A DNA stretch of 64,000 nt from Phaeosaccion multiseriatum (lineage: Eukaryota > Protista > Ochrophyta, other classes). The stretch covers positions 558,001 through 622,000 of the forward strand of contig OZ218962.1 in assembly GCA_965112735.1 (NCBI GenBank), written 5' to 3'. Positions 1 to 11,294 of this stretch are shown here, piece after piece. Position 1 is the first letter of the stretch; every line of letters starts with the position of its first letter. Below the pieces are notes generated by a model. The model did not search any database. It saw nothing but the letters and a program-made list of their open reading frames with translations, and was not told the origin of the DNA. Both the position numbers and the translations under genes were made by a program.

Positions 1-1176
1 GCCCAGGTCAAGGAAGCGTAGTAGCTTGTCCTCGTCGAATGTGCCCGGATCCATCTCCATACACACCTCCGCCCCCTCCGCTACCACACCCCCCAGGTCT
101 GTCTTCAAGGCATGCATCACCTTGGCTAGGAGGGCCGGAGGGATGAGGGAAGGGGTGCCGCCCCCGAAGAAGATCTGCGTTTGTGTGTCATTTATTCGTT
201 CGTTCCGCGGGAGACGATGGCAGCCGACGGGCGAGCGCAGGAGGAGTCAGTGTGTAGGGGGCGAGGGAGGGTGTAAGGGTAAGCGTAAGGTGTCATGTCA
301 GGGCCACGAATGGATTGGGGAGAAGGGGAGGGAAAGCGGCACTCCTCCTCTTCACTTGTTAGTCTTGTATGCTAGCCCCACCGAGGAGGAGCAGCCCCCT
401 CATGATTATAAACAGAAAAAAAGGTCGGGAGAGAGGGGTAAGCAGACATAATCCTCAGCCCCCCTCCCCATCTCCGAGCCGTCCGATCTCACCCCCCACC
501 ACCCCCCCACCTACCGTCTGGAGTTGGTTGGAGGCAGGCAAGACGTGAGGGTACACTGTGTCTCTTGTGGCTCGGATTTCCCTTAGCACATCGGCGATAT
601 AAGGCTGTGCATTGGCCTCCGCCATCTTGGGACTGTCGCCTATGACCTTGGGGTTGGAGAGAGAGGGGAGAGAGAGGGAGGGGGGGGGGGAGGGGGGATG
701 TGATAGACATGGAGAGGGGATAAAACAGAGAGGGTGAGGGGGCTCCGAGTTAAAGGGTTTAGTGTCGAGGGGAACAGGATGCCATGGCAGAGGGACCAAC
801 ATCCACCACCAACCTTGATGGGAAAGTCGCAGTAGAAGCACCGGCGACGGCAGAAGGGCATGTGAAGATACACGCTCCTCGCTATAGACGACGGAGGCGA
901 GCTCCCCCCCGCCCTGCCCGACTCCTCGCCGCCGGAAGTTGGGGAAAGGATAAGGGAAGAGCCAGTCGCAGGAGAGGAGGCACCGCTGCTGCTGCTGCTG
1001 CTGCTGCTGCTGCGCCCCGGCCTCAGAATGGGAGAGTCGGATTTGCTCTCCCTGCTGCCCCCTGTCACACTCGGAGGGAGAAGGATCTGTAGTGCCGATG
1101 CGAGTCCTCCCCCTCTTCCTCCCCCTCCAAAGCGGAGGCTGAGGGACAGGCAGAAGAGATACAGCCGCCATTGCAT
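1..1176 (-). CDS. HemW/HemN-like radical SAM protein (RSAD1-type), 5' part; gene runs off the left edge
   Basis: Exons 1176-814, 646-515 and 174-<1 join in frame via GT..AG. They give YLHMPFCRRRCFYCDF (CxxxCxxC), IFFGGGTPS and EMDPGTF. The N-terminus is hydrophobic and followed by ASAL. Confidence 0.9.
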
Positions 1177-1362
1177 TTGGTTTTTTCCTTTATTGTCTCT
1201 CCCTCTCCTTCTTGGATTCTACCTCGCCATTTGATCGCCATTTGTTCCTCGTTATTTTTTTTTACTTCTGCCTGGCCTTGTCGCTGTCGTTCTTCTGATT
1301 AGCTAAACTCCACCTCCCCAGGCTCTCAGGGCCACATTGTCTCGCCGCCTCTGCGTGCCACA

Positions 1363-4300
1363 ATGTCTCGCCCCGCTGTGGAGCTTTCACCTTTGCCGAG
1401 CGCTACGTCCGGTTGGGGGGGCATTCCCGCCGGTAGCTTTCGCAGCAGCAAAGGCAGAGAGGAGGAGAAGCAGGGGGGGGCAGGGCCAGCAGGAGCTGAG
1501 AATTGGGACCGTGGGAGCGAGGGCGTCAGAGGTAGCAGCAAAAGCGGATATCCGGGGGAAGACTGTCGTGGGAGGCGCTTCGAGGACTTGGAGACCGATG
1601 ACGACTCGTTGATGGAGGCCGAGAAGCGGACGGATCGGGACTCGCGACCACCCCCCGTCCTAAGCCCCAACGCTTCAGGAGGGCCAGACACGGGGATACA
1701 GCGGTATCAGCAGAGTAACGAGAATGGGCAGCCGCGGCCGGCTCCTATGGACTGCAGCAGCAGCAACAGCGACGACCTTCAAATGTCCTCAGGCAGGCTG
1801 CTGCCCTGCGCCTCCACCATCTTGAATGGAGACTCCGCCCATCCTCAGCGCTCTCCTACTGCACGGGCAACCCGCACCTCGGCCGCTAAGCGGCAGCGAG
1901 CCAGCCCCTACAACGAGGGCCGCTCCCTCGCCGGGTACACCAAGGACAGACCGAGGGATGCCCGCACGCCAGCGCCACTCCGAAAGGCTCAAAGAGAATC
2001 AGAGCAGCATCCCGAGGCGGAAGCCGGCCCTCCTCCGCCACTCCACGGCACCACCGCGGCCTCAGTCGGGAAGTTCGGCGAGCCTGCCTCCTCTGCTTCG
2101 AGTGCCACTGCTAGCAGAAAGGCGAGGAGGATAGGAACCTCCGGTGGAGAGAAGAAGGTGTCTTCTGAGAGCAGCGGCTCGATCTCCTCTGCCGAGGAGG
2201 CGGCGGCGGAGAGCGCCGTGACCCAGTGCGACACCGGCAGCAGCGCCTCCAGCTTTAGATCCGTGGAGAGCAGAACCGAGGAAGAGTCTCTTCTCATGGT
2301 CATCACGCCGCCCCGGCCAATGCCGCGTAACTACGGCGAACGGAAGCGTTGGTATTGCCATGTCGGTGCCTGCCTAAGAGTCGCCCAGACCTCCGGCAAG
2401 TGCGAGAAGCATCACCGCATGTGGAGTGAGCAGCACCACTGCCAGCAGCAGCAGAAGAAGCAGCGCGAGGAAGGGGCTACTCAGTCTCAGAGCTCCGCTA
2501 CAGCGACTGACTGTCAGAACAAGCCTCAAGGCACACGGGTAGGAGCGTGGACAGCGGGGGAGGAGGAGTACGCGGCTGCCATCATCCGCCACTTTAGGAC
2601 GGGCTCCTTACCCACGGCGTTACCAAAGGACACAACTCTGTGTGCTTTCATCGCTGAGAAGCTGGTATGCGACCCCAATCGAGTGTACAGAAAGTTCAAG
2701 GATTTCCGGTGGGGCAGTATCAAGGCAGCGCGTCACAGCTCCAAGCCCGGCTGCCCCGCGTGGGTGGAGCGCGACAAGGTGGAGAGAGAGCTCCGGGAAC
2801 TGGAGGCGAGGTTCCGGGCGGGCCTGGACTCGGCCTCAGGACAGGCGCTTGTCGACTCGGAGACCGCCCCTCTCGTATCCTCAGTGGGTGTGTCCCCTCG
2901 TCCTCCACGGGTCAAGAGCCGAGGTCAGCAGCAGCGACGTCAAAAACAAGGGAAGGAGGGTGCTAGGCCTCAAGGTTCCGCTACCGCGACGGACAGTGAG
3001 CAGGACAACGAGCCTGAAGCCCTACGGGAAGGAGCATGGACCAAGGGGGAGGAAGAGTACGCGGCTGCCATCATCCGCCACTTTCGAACGGGCTCCTTAC
3101 CCACGCCGTTACAAAAGGACACATGTCTGTGTACTTTCATCGCTGAGAAGCTGGCGTGCAGCACCAAGCGAGTTCGAAACAAGTTCCGGGACATCCGCTG
3201 GGGCAGTATCAAGGCAGTGCGTCACATACCCAGCTCGAGGGTGGAGCGCGACAAGGTGGAGACAGAGCTCCGGGAGCTGGAGGCGACGTTCACAGCAGGT
3301 CTGTCATCCGTCGACTCTGAGACAGCCCCCTTCGCATCATGCGGAGTGTCCCCTCGTCCTCCGCGGGCCAGCGGCCGAGGTCAGCAGCACCACCAGCATC
3401 AGCAGCAGCAGGAGGGGACCAAGGGTCAGAGCCCCGCTACTGCGACGGATAGTGAACAGAGTAGGCCTGACGGCCGACGGACAGGGACGTGGACAGCGGG
3501 GGAGGAGGAGTACGCGGCTGCCATCATTTACCACTTCAGTGCGGGCTCCTTGCCCACACCGCTGCCAAAGGGCTCATCTCTGTGTGCCTTCCTCGGAGAG
3601 AAGCTGGCATGCGACCCCAAGCGAGTTCGGAATAAGTTCCCGGAAATGAGCTGGGCCCGTATGAAGCCAGCGGGTCACCGATCCCTCTCGGTGGTGGAGC
3701 GCGACAAGGTGAAGAGCGAGCTCCAGGAGTTGGAGGCGAGGTTCAAAGCAGGCATGGCCTCGGCCTCAGGGTTGGCATCCGGGACCGCCTCCTCATCATG
3801 GGGTGAGACCTCTCGCCCACCGCAGAAAGTGGGGTCGGACGCTGCTGATATCGCTGAGTCTGATGAGGAGACGGAGGGCCGAGACCAACTTCTTCAAGCC
3901 GAGGCGAGTGATCAGGCCGTAGCGAAGAAGGCGCCTCTGAGGAGAGAGGCCTCAGTCGAGCAGAGGGTTGAGAGGGAGGAGAAGACCGAGGCAGCTGCCC
4001 CTTTTGCATGTGCGGGAGGAGCTGGAGGGGGCACACTGAGTATCGGAGAGGAGATTGAGCTGCCTAACAAGCGCTGGAGGAAGCTTGACGATCACTTCCC
4101 GGCTGACTTCGACGGAGAGGGGGAAGAGGAGGCCGTGGGCGCGACTTCGAGGGGCGTGGTCGTGACGGTATGCTCCAAGAAAGTCCGGCTTCTCCCCCTC
4201 TACGCTGTAGGAGCCGAGTACATGCGGGGAGGGAAGCCTAGCAGTGGCGATGCTGCAGCGGTCAGAGGCTTCTTGAAGGCCTATCTGGAGGCATACGACG

Positions 4301-4440
4301 CTTTCGAGGAGCCGAGCGAGACTCTCCCGAGGGAGTGGGCAGCGCTGGCGAGACGCGTGGTGGTGGTGAAGAGGAAGAAGAAGGAGGGGAGGAGGGCACT
4401 GGAAGCGATACGCCCCGTCACGGGGGCAAGCTATCAGTAA
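1363..4440 (+). CDS. Myb-like repeat family member 1: C-x4-C..C-x2-H zinc-finger-like motif, 3 Myb-like repeats and a shared C-terminal domain
   Basis: Uninterrupted 1025-aa ORF. Three repeats of G.WT.GEEEYAAAII.HF..GSLPT...LC.F..EKL.C.P.RV..KF, each followed by ERDKVE.EL.ELEA.F. Also contains RWYCHVGACLRVAQTSGKCEKH. Confidence 0.8.
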   Translation: MSRPAVELSPLPSATSGWGGIPAGSFRSSKGREEEKQGGAGPAGAENWDRGSEGVRGSSKSGYPGEDCRGRRFEDLETDDDSLMEAEKRTDRDSRPPPVLSPNASGGPDTGIQRYQQSNENGQPRPAPMDCSSSNSDDLQMSSGRLLPCASTILNGDSAHPQRSPTARATRTSAAKRQRASPYNEGRSLAGYTKDRPRDARTPAPLRKAQRESEQHPEAEAGPPPPLHGTTAASVGKFGEPASSASSATASRKARRIGTSGGEKKVSSESSGSISSAEEAAAESAVTQCDTGSSASSFRSVESRTEEESLLMVITPPRPMPRNYGERKRWYCHVGACLRVAQTSGKCEKHHRMWSEQHHCQQQQKKQREEGATQSQSSATATDCQNKPQGTRVGAWTAGEEEYAAAIIRHFRTGSLPTALPKDTTLCAFIAEKLVCDPNRVYRKFKDFRWGSIKAARHSSKPGCPAWVERDKVERELRELEARFRAGLDSASGQALVDSETAPLVSSVGVSPRPPRVKSRGQQQRRQKQGKEGARPQGSATATDSEQDNEPEALREGAWTKGEEEYAAAIIRHFRTGSLPTPLQKDTCLCTFIAEKLACSTKRVRNKFRDIRWGSIKAVRHIPSSRVERDKVETELRELEATFTAGLSSVDSETAPFASCGVSPRPPRASGRGQQHHQHQQQQEGTKGQSPATATDSEQSRPDGRRTGTWTAGEEEYAAAIIYHFSAGSLPTPLPKGSSLCAFLGEKLACDPKRVRNKFPEMSWARMKPAGHRSLSVVERDKVKSELQELEARFKAGMASASGLASGTASSSWGETSRPPQKVGSDAADIAESDEETEGRDQLLQAEASDQAVAKKAPLRREASVEQRVEREEKTEAAAPFACAGGAGGGTLSIGEEIELPNKRWRKLDDHFPADFDGEGEEEAVGATSRGVVVTVCSKKVRLLPLYAVGAEYMRGGKPSSGDAAAVRGFLKAYLEAYDAFEEPSETLPREWAALARRVVVVKRKKKEGRRALEAIRPVTGASYQ

Positions 4441-4940
4441 GGCAGTATAGAATATTAACTCACTTGAATAGAACACGGGCAACGCGACTGACTCCGCTGA
4501 GCCGCGCTTTGCTTCAGTCACAGTTGACCGCAGCGTCCAAGCTCTCTCTCTCGCATGCCTCCACCCTCCTCAGAGAGGTTGTAAAATCGCTGCATCAGTG
4601 ACCACACGCTCATGTCTTATGAGAAACTCGTGCGTTGCTTGCCGCTGCAGCCACTTGAAGGACAGAGACAGAGCGCTGTAGTTGAGCCAGCAGCACGCTC
4701 AGGCGGAGAGTGATGGTTCGATAGCACACACTTTGCCTGGCCTGGGCGGGTAGGAGCCAGAAGTCTCCACCCGGAGTAGAGAGGCACCAGGCATGCTGCG
4801 AAAGCGCGATCGCCTCGAGCGAAGAGAGGGATGCGATACGATCCTCTGCCCAGGGCCTTCACCCCTGGGAAATTTCGGTTGCCCAGGAAAAAGGGTTATT
4901 CCCTTGTCAGTTTGATCAGCCGCAGCCTCTACGTACCACG

Positions 4941-6894
4941 ATGGCTCGTCCTGCTGTTGAGCTGTCACCTTGGCCAAGAGCTGAGTCGGGCGGGGGGGGC
5001 ATTCCCGGCAGTGTCACCAGCAGCAAGGGCAGAGAAGAGGAGGAGAAGGAGGTTGTGGGGGACGAGAACCAAGACGAAGAGACGAATGAGGATACAGACT
5101 TGGAGGAGCAGCCTCCCGATGGGTGGGAGAGCGCCGCGGAGGGTGCTAGAGGTACCCTCCAGAGAGTCGTCATGCGCGAGCGACGACAGCGACGAGCCAG
5201 GTTGGTGGTGCATGGAAGGTATATGATGGGCTCTGATGGACTAGCAGGACAGATGCTCTATGGGCTTACGTAACAATGCACCTGGTGGCCCTCTCGCCAA
5301 GGGGGAGGGGGGTGCTCTTGCCGCCACTTCTGTCACTGAGGTCGGAGGCCACTGGTGTGCATCGATGCCTTTTCTGAGACCCGTGGCCGGAGGGAACCAG
5401 ACCGCCCCCAACACCTCTCTCTCTCCCTCTCTCCGTCCCTCCCTCTCCCTTAGCACCCTCCAGGGAGACTACGAGAACCGCTCGCTCGCCGGGTACGTCA
5501 AGGAGAGAGCGAGGGACGCCCGCACGCCCGGGCCACTGCGAAAAGCTCCGAGAGAGTCCGAGCAGCCACCCGAGGTGCTGGTCCATCCTCCTCGGCCACT
5601 GCGCGACACAGCCGCGACGACTGCCCTAGCCAGAGCCGCAGCCGCAGCCGCAGCCGCAGCTATGGCCTCCGGGCGGCCCTCAAAGCCTTCACCTCGTCCT
5701 GAAGCTCCTATCGTTCATCAATTGCTGTTGCCGTTGGTCCCGGCGACTCCTCCTCAGCAGTACTACCACCATCAGCCGCCGCAGCACCAGCAGCCGCAGC
5801 ACCAGCAGCCGCAGCACCAGCAGCCGCAGCTGCAGTCCCATGAGGGGGGTGCGAGGGTGTCTCAGAGCTCCGCTACTCCGATTAACAGAGAAATGGAAAA
5901 GTCTGAAGGCCTACGTAATGGAGCGTGGACTGCGGAGGAGGAGGAGTACGCCGGTGCTATCATCCACCACGTTAGTTGGCGCTCCTTGCCCACGCCGATA
6001 CCAGAGGGCATGTCTCTGTGTGCCTTCCTCGCCGAGAAGCTGTCATGCAAGCCCAGCCGAGTTTCCAGCAAGTTCCCGGGCATCGGGCGGATCGACAGGA
6101 AAGCGAAGCTGGAGCGCGACAAGGTGGAGAGAGAGCTCGGGGAGCTGGAGGAGAGGTTCAGAGCGGGCCTGGCCTCGGCCTCAGAGAGTGCGGCCGTCTC
6201 CTATTCCTCGTCATGGGCTGTGCTCCCTCGCCCTTCGCGGCAGGCTGTGCCAGACGGTGTTGACAGCGCTGAGTCTGGTGGGGAGGCGAAGGCTGGACAA
6301 GAACTTCTTCAAGGAGAGATGGGGCTACTGAGGGATAGCACAGAGGGGGCGAAAGATCAGGCAGGGGAGATGAAGGCGCCTCTGAGCAGAGAAGTGCTAG
6401 TCGAGCAGAGCACCGAGAGCGAGGAGAAGACCGAGTCAGCGGCCCCTCTTGACAGAGCGGGAGGAGCTGGTGTGGACGGGGGCACGCTGTGCATCGGGGA
6501 CGAGATGGAGCTGCCCAACGAGCGCTGGAAGAAGATTGACGACCACTTCCCCGCTGACTCGGACGGAGACGAGCAGGAGAATGCGGTGGGCGCGACTTCG
6601 AGGGGCGTGGTCGTGACCGCCCACTTCGAGAATGTCCGACTCCTCCCCCTCTACGCTATAGACACCGAGTATCTGGGGGGGGGAAAGCCCAGCAGTGGCG
6701 ATGCGGAGGTGATCAGAGGCTTCTTGGAGGAGGTCTATCTGGATGCCTACGACGCCTTCGGGGGGGCAAGCGAGACTCTCCCGAGGGAGTGGGCAGCGCT
6801 GGCGAGACGCGTGGTGATGGCGAAACGGAAAGGACCGGAGGGGGGGGAGGCGCTGAAAGCAATCCGTCGCATCGAGGGGCCAAGCTATCTGTGA
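4941..6894 (+). CDS. Myb-like repeat family member 2 (1 repeat plus C-terminal domain), probably two exons
   Basis: The N-terminus MARPAVELSPWP matches member 1 (MSRPAVELSPLP). A phase-2 intron from GT at 5219 (or 5201) to AG at 5453, after a pyrimidine tract, joins it to the 5260-6894 frame. Confidence 0.7.
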
Positions 6895-7267
6895 GGTGGT
6901 GAGTTGTGGGTATATTTCATTTCGAGGTGTGCCATATCGAGTTGTGTGGATCCCTGCTGTGTCTTGGGCAGCGGCAGATGCAGGACCACACATCGGGCGA
7001 ATCGCATGCAACCACGGAATTCTCACATGTAGCTGTATAGGTGGGTGCGCCTTACTGCAGGACGTAACCAGCAAGAGAACTTGTATCGACCAACACTCTT
7101 GGCCTCACCGGTTGATGTGAGGCCCAGCCGGCACGCCGCAACTCGCAGCACCCCCCCCCCTCTCTTTTCTCCCGTTGTGAATTATGTAAGCCTAAACGGA
7201 GGCCCCAAGCAACAATTTGCTCGACCCCTCACGGGCTGAGCACAAGCTTCTAGTCGGACTCATCCGC

Positions 7268-8443
7268 TCAGCTGCACTTGAGGCTTGCTTCGTACGAGGC
7301 AATGTCGACACCTTGCAGCTTGGGGTATCCGAAGAGCGTGAGGTCGGGCAGCACCCAACGTGTCATCTCCGCCACAAACGTTTGGTTGACATAGAACTCC
7401 GTCATGCGCATGTTGGCGTGCGTGCCTCTCGCCCACCGAAACGTGTCAGTCATTGAACGTGGGGCTCCAGCACTGTCCTGGCGCTCAGACGCAGGAAGGA
7501 GTGCCCGCACCGCCCCCGCTCCTGTGTCGCTCTCTGGTATCCCCGCTGCTCCTTCCTCCGTACTCCGCCTGCTTCTGCTTCTGTTTCCACCGGGAAAGAC
7601 AATTTCCTCGCAGTCCTTGTTGTGGCCGGGCAGATAGAAGCAGTCTCGGAGGCCCTCGTACTTGCCGAAGGTGCGGATCTGCCACCCGTGGCTCGAAATC
7701 TCCTCCAGGCCCAAGGCGCTCACAAAGGGAGCGTACCAGCAACCCATCTGCTCGAGCGGGAGAAAGTAGTCATACTTCACTCCATTTTGCAGACCGCAGT
7801 GGCTGGAGAGGGGGCTGAAGTGCCCGTTGAGATGTTCCTTGTCGTCTTTCCAGTCGCGAATCGCTGCCCGCACGAAAGCCTCGAAGCCGCTGCCGTACTC
7901 AAAAGACGAAGGCGCGAGCATCACGGCCTTATCCCGCCTCGTCCCCACTATCTTGTTGAGGTATCCGGACAAGACGCGGCTGTACGGGTTGCGCACAATC
8001 ATGAAGCGAGGCACCTCGGGATCCGAGTATGCGTCCTCAAAGGCCTGCGTCGTCCTCCCTTCCACGGTGTAGCCCTGCGTGGATCGCTGCTCTCCCTCCT
8101 CGCCGGCGTCGACAAAGGTGCGGAAGAAGTCTTGGCTGGACATTTCGCCCCGGAGAAGCAGGTGCTGCAAATAGGTGCTGCCAACCTTCTGATTGAGACA
8201 TACAATGGCGCGCTTGCTCGGGTCCTCCTTGTTCACGAAAAGTAGGGGCCGAGCATCGCGGTAGGCTGTGGTGCTGACAATCACTGCCTGGGCCACTTCC
8301 GCGTCGTCACGGTGCGTCGCCGCCTCTCCCTCCGCCCAGGCCTCACGAGTCTCCCACGGCTTGAGGCTTGCTCGCCACGCCGGCTTTCCCGCGACTTCAT
8401 CCTCGACGGCTGGCCCTTCTACCGCTGCTGTTGCTTCTGCTGC

Positions 8444-8489
<46 letters not shown>

Positions 8490-8575
8490 TCTGCTGCTGC
8501 TGCTGCGGGGGCGATGGACCCCATTCGGCCTGCCCAAATTAAAACCGGCAGCAGAACTGTTTGTCCAAGCTTCAT
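7268..8575 (-). CDS. Carbohydrate sulfotransferase (Sulfotransfer_2/CHST-like), intronless
   Basis: 5'-PSB-like NQKVGST, 3'-PB-like FMIVRNPYSRVLSGYLNK, HFSPLSSHC, YDYFLPLE. ATG at 8575 begins a hydrophobic leader followed by poly-Ala. Confidence 0.88.
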
Positions 8576-8972
8576 GGTGCAGCAAGCTCTAGGGCGCACC
8601 GAGAAAGCGCGCGTTTCTAACACAGGCGACTAGAGAGAATGAGAGGGGGCTTGGCGACCTTAGGAAAGAGATGGCCCACAGACTCTGCTCTATGTACAGT
8701 ACAATCCGCAGCAAATTATCCTCGTTTGAATGTGACCGCAACTCATTGCTTGGGCCTGGGTCGGAGCTTCAGTCCCGGCAGCGTTAGCAGCAACATTGAC
8801 AGAGAGAATGACCTCACCTGCAGTCACGCCAACCAAGACGGAGAGGTAGAAGAGAAACCCGACTTGGGGAAAAGGTTGAGCGATGGGGGCGAGGGCGGCG
8901 CGGAAGTAGCAGCAGCGCTAGGTTCCGGGAAACTATTGTCGTGGGCGTCGTCACTGCGAGGATGTCGAGTCA

Positions 8973-10325
8973 ATGGTAACACGGGTGGAGGGAACTGAGC
9001 GGAGGGTGTGGGAATTCAACCCAACAACCCTCGCCTCAACGCCAAGCACCGGGATGCAGGGGAACCCGAGTAGCGTGAGTGGGCACCAGCGACCGACTCC
9101 CATGGAAGCAAGCAGTGCCGATGAGCTTCGGAAGTCCTCGGGCAGGCCACTGCCCTGCGCCTCCACAGACTTGAAAAGAGGCTCGGCGCAGCCTCAATGT
9201 TCGACTCTGACCGATCACGTGGGCATCGGAAGCCCTTTGGAAACGTCTGAGAGCGTTGGAACCAGCCTTAGCGCAGCCGTATGCAACCGTAGTGATAGTG
9301 GCAGCGACGAAAGAGGCGCGTTCCGGCCCGTGGATAGAATTGGCGGAGCTTTGCGAATGCCAGAGTCGTTCCTCGACATCACGCCTCGGAAGCGCCAACA
9401 GGGGCGATATTCTCCTGATGTGTGGAGCGTGCCGGAGCAAACTGGCCTGAGGAAGAAGCAGAAGACGACCTCGACGAATACGCCGATCGACCTTGACGGG
9501 GGCGGGGGGCGGAGGGAAGGGCAGGCGATGGGCTTCGCTGAGGTGCGTGCCGATAGCGCCACCACAGCTGCCGCTTCCTGGCAGCCACCTCTCTCGACGG
9601 ACTTCGCAGCACCAGAGGGGGCCAGCAGCGGCAGCGGGGCGTTATCCGAAACCATAGAGGGCGCCCACATTCAGCACAGTGTCTGCTCAGCCCGAAGCGC
9701 ACTAGTGCCCGATGTGGTGGCTGGAAGGGCCGACAGCATCTGCGACACTGAAGGTTGCAAAGAAGTACCTTTGAGCCCAGTGGCGCGAGATGCACCGAGT
9801 GGTGCCGCCCCCTTCGCATCATTGGGAGGTCTTCTTCGTTCTCCGGGGACCGATGGCCGATGTCAGCAGCAGCGGCAGCACTACCACCACCAGCAGCAGC
9901 GGCAGCACTACCAGCACCACCAGCAGCAGCAGCTGCAGTCGCATCAGGGAGGTGCTTGGATGTCTCAGAGCTTCGCTACTCCGATTGACAGAGAAGTGGA
10001 CAAGCCTGAAGGCCTACGTAATGAAGCGTGGACTGCGGAGGAGGAGGAGGAGTACGCGGGTGCTGTCGTCTGCCACTTCAGTTGGGGCTCCTTTCCCCGA
10101 GTTGAAGACAATTTCCCGGGTATCATGCGGGTCTGGAATGGGGAGGGTCACAGCTCCTCCTCCAACTCTCACTGCCCCCCGACAGCGGAGCGCGACAAGG
10201 CGGAGGGAGAGCTCCGGGAGTTGGAGGCGAGGTTCAGAGGAGGGTTGCCATCCGCTGACTTGGAGACTGGTCCCTTCACATCATGGGGTGTGTCGCCTCA
10301 TCCTCCTCGAGTCAAGGGCCGGCCT

Positions 10326-10365
<40 letters not shown>

Positions 10366-10772
10366 AGGGGACCACGCATCCCAAGTCCGCGGCTGCTGCT
10401 GACAGTGGAAAGGCAAAGTCTCGCGGCCTACGGAGAGGAAGGTGGACAGCGGCGGAGGAGGAGTACGCGGCTGCCATCATTCGCTACTTCAGTAGAGGCG
10501 CGCTGCCCACGCCGGTATCGGAGGGCACATCTCTGCGTGACTTCGTCGCTGAGAAGCTGGCATGCAATCCCAGACGAGTCTTTGATAAGTTCGACAGTGT
10601 CAGGCGGCCCACTTTGACAGCAGCGTGTCCCGTGGAGCACGGCAGGGTGGAGAGAGAGCTCCGGGTGCTGGAGGCGAGGTTCAGAGCAGGATTGAAACCC
10701 GTCGACTTGGAGATCGTTCCCTTCACATCATGGAGTGTGTCGCCTCATCCTCCGCGAGTCGAGGGCTGGCGT

Positions 10773-10820
<48 letters not shown>

Positions 10821-11249
10821 GAGGAGGAGGAGGAGGAGGGGGGGGGCACGCATCCCAAGTTCGCGGTTGCTGCTGGTGACAGTGGAAAGGACAAGTCTCG
10901 CAGCCCACGGAGAGGAAGGTGGACAGCGGCGGAGGAGGAGTACGCGGCTGCCATCATTCGCTACTTCAGTAGAGGCGCGCTGCCCACGCCGGTATCGGAG
11001 GGCACATCTCTGCGTGACTTCGTCGCTGAGAAGCTGGCATGCAATCCCAGACGAGTCTTTGATAAGTTCGACAGTGTCAGGCGGCCCACATGGACAGCAG
11101 CGTGTCCCGTGGAGCACGGCAGGGTGGAGAGAGAGCTCCGGGTGCTGGAGGCGAGGTTCAGAGCAGGATTGGAACCCGTCGACTTGGAGACCGTTCCCTT
11201 CACATCATGGAGTGTGTCGCCTCATCCTCCGCGAGTCGAGGGCTGGCGT

Positions 11250-11294
<45 letters not shown>

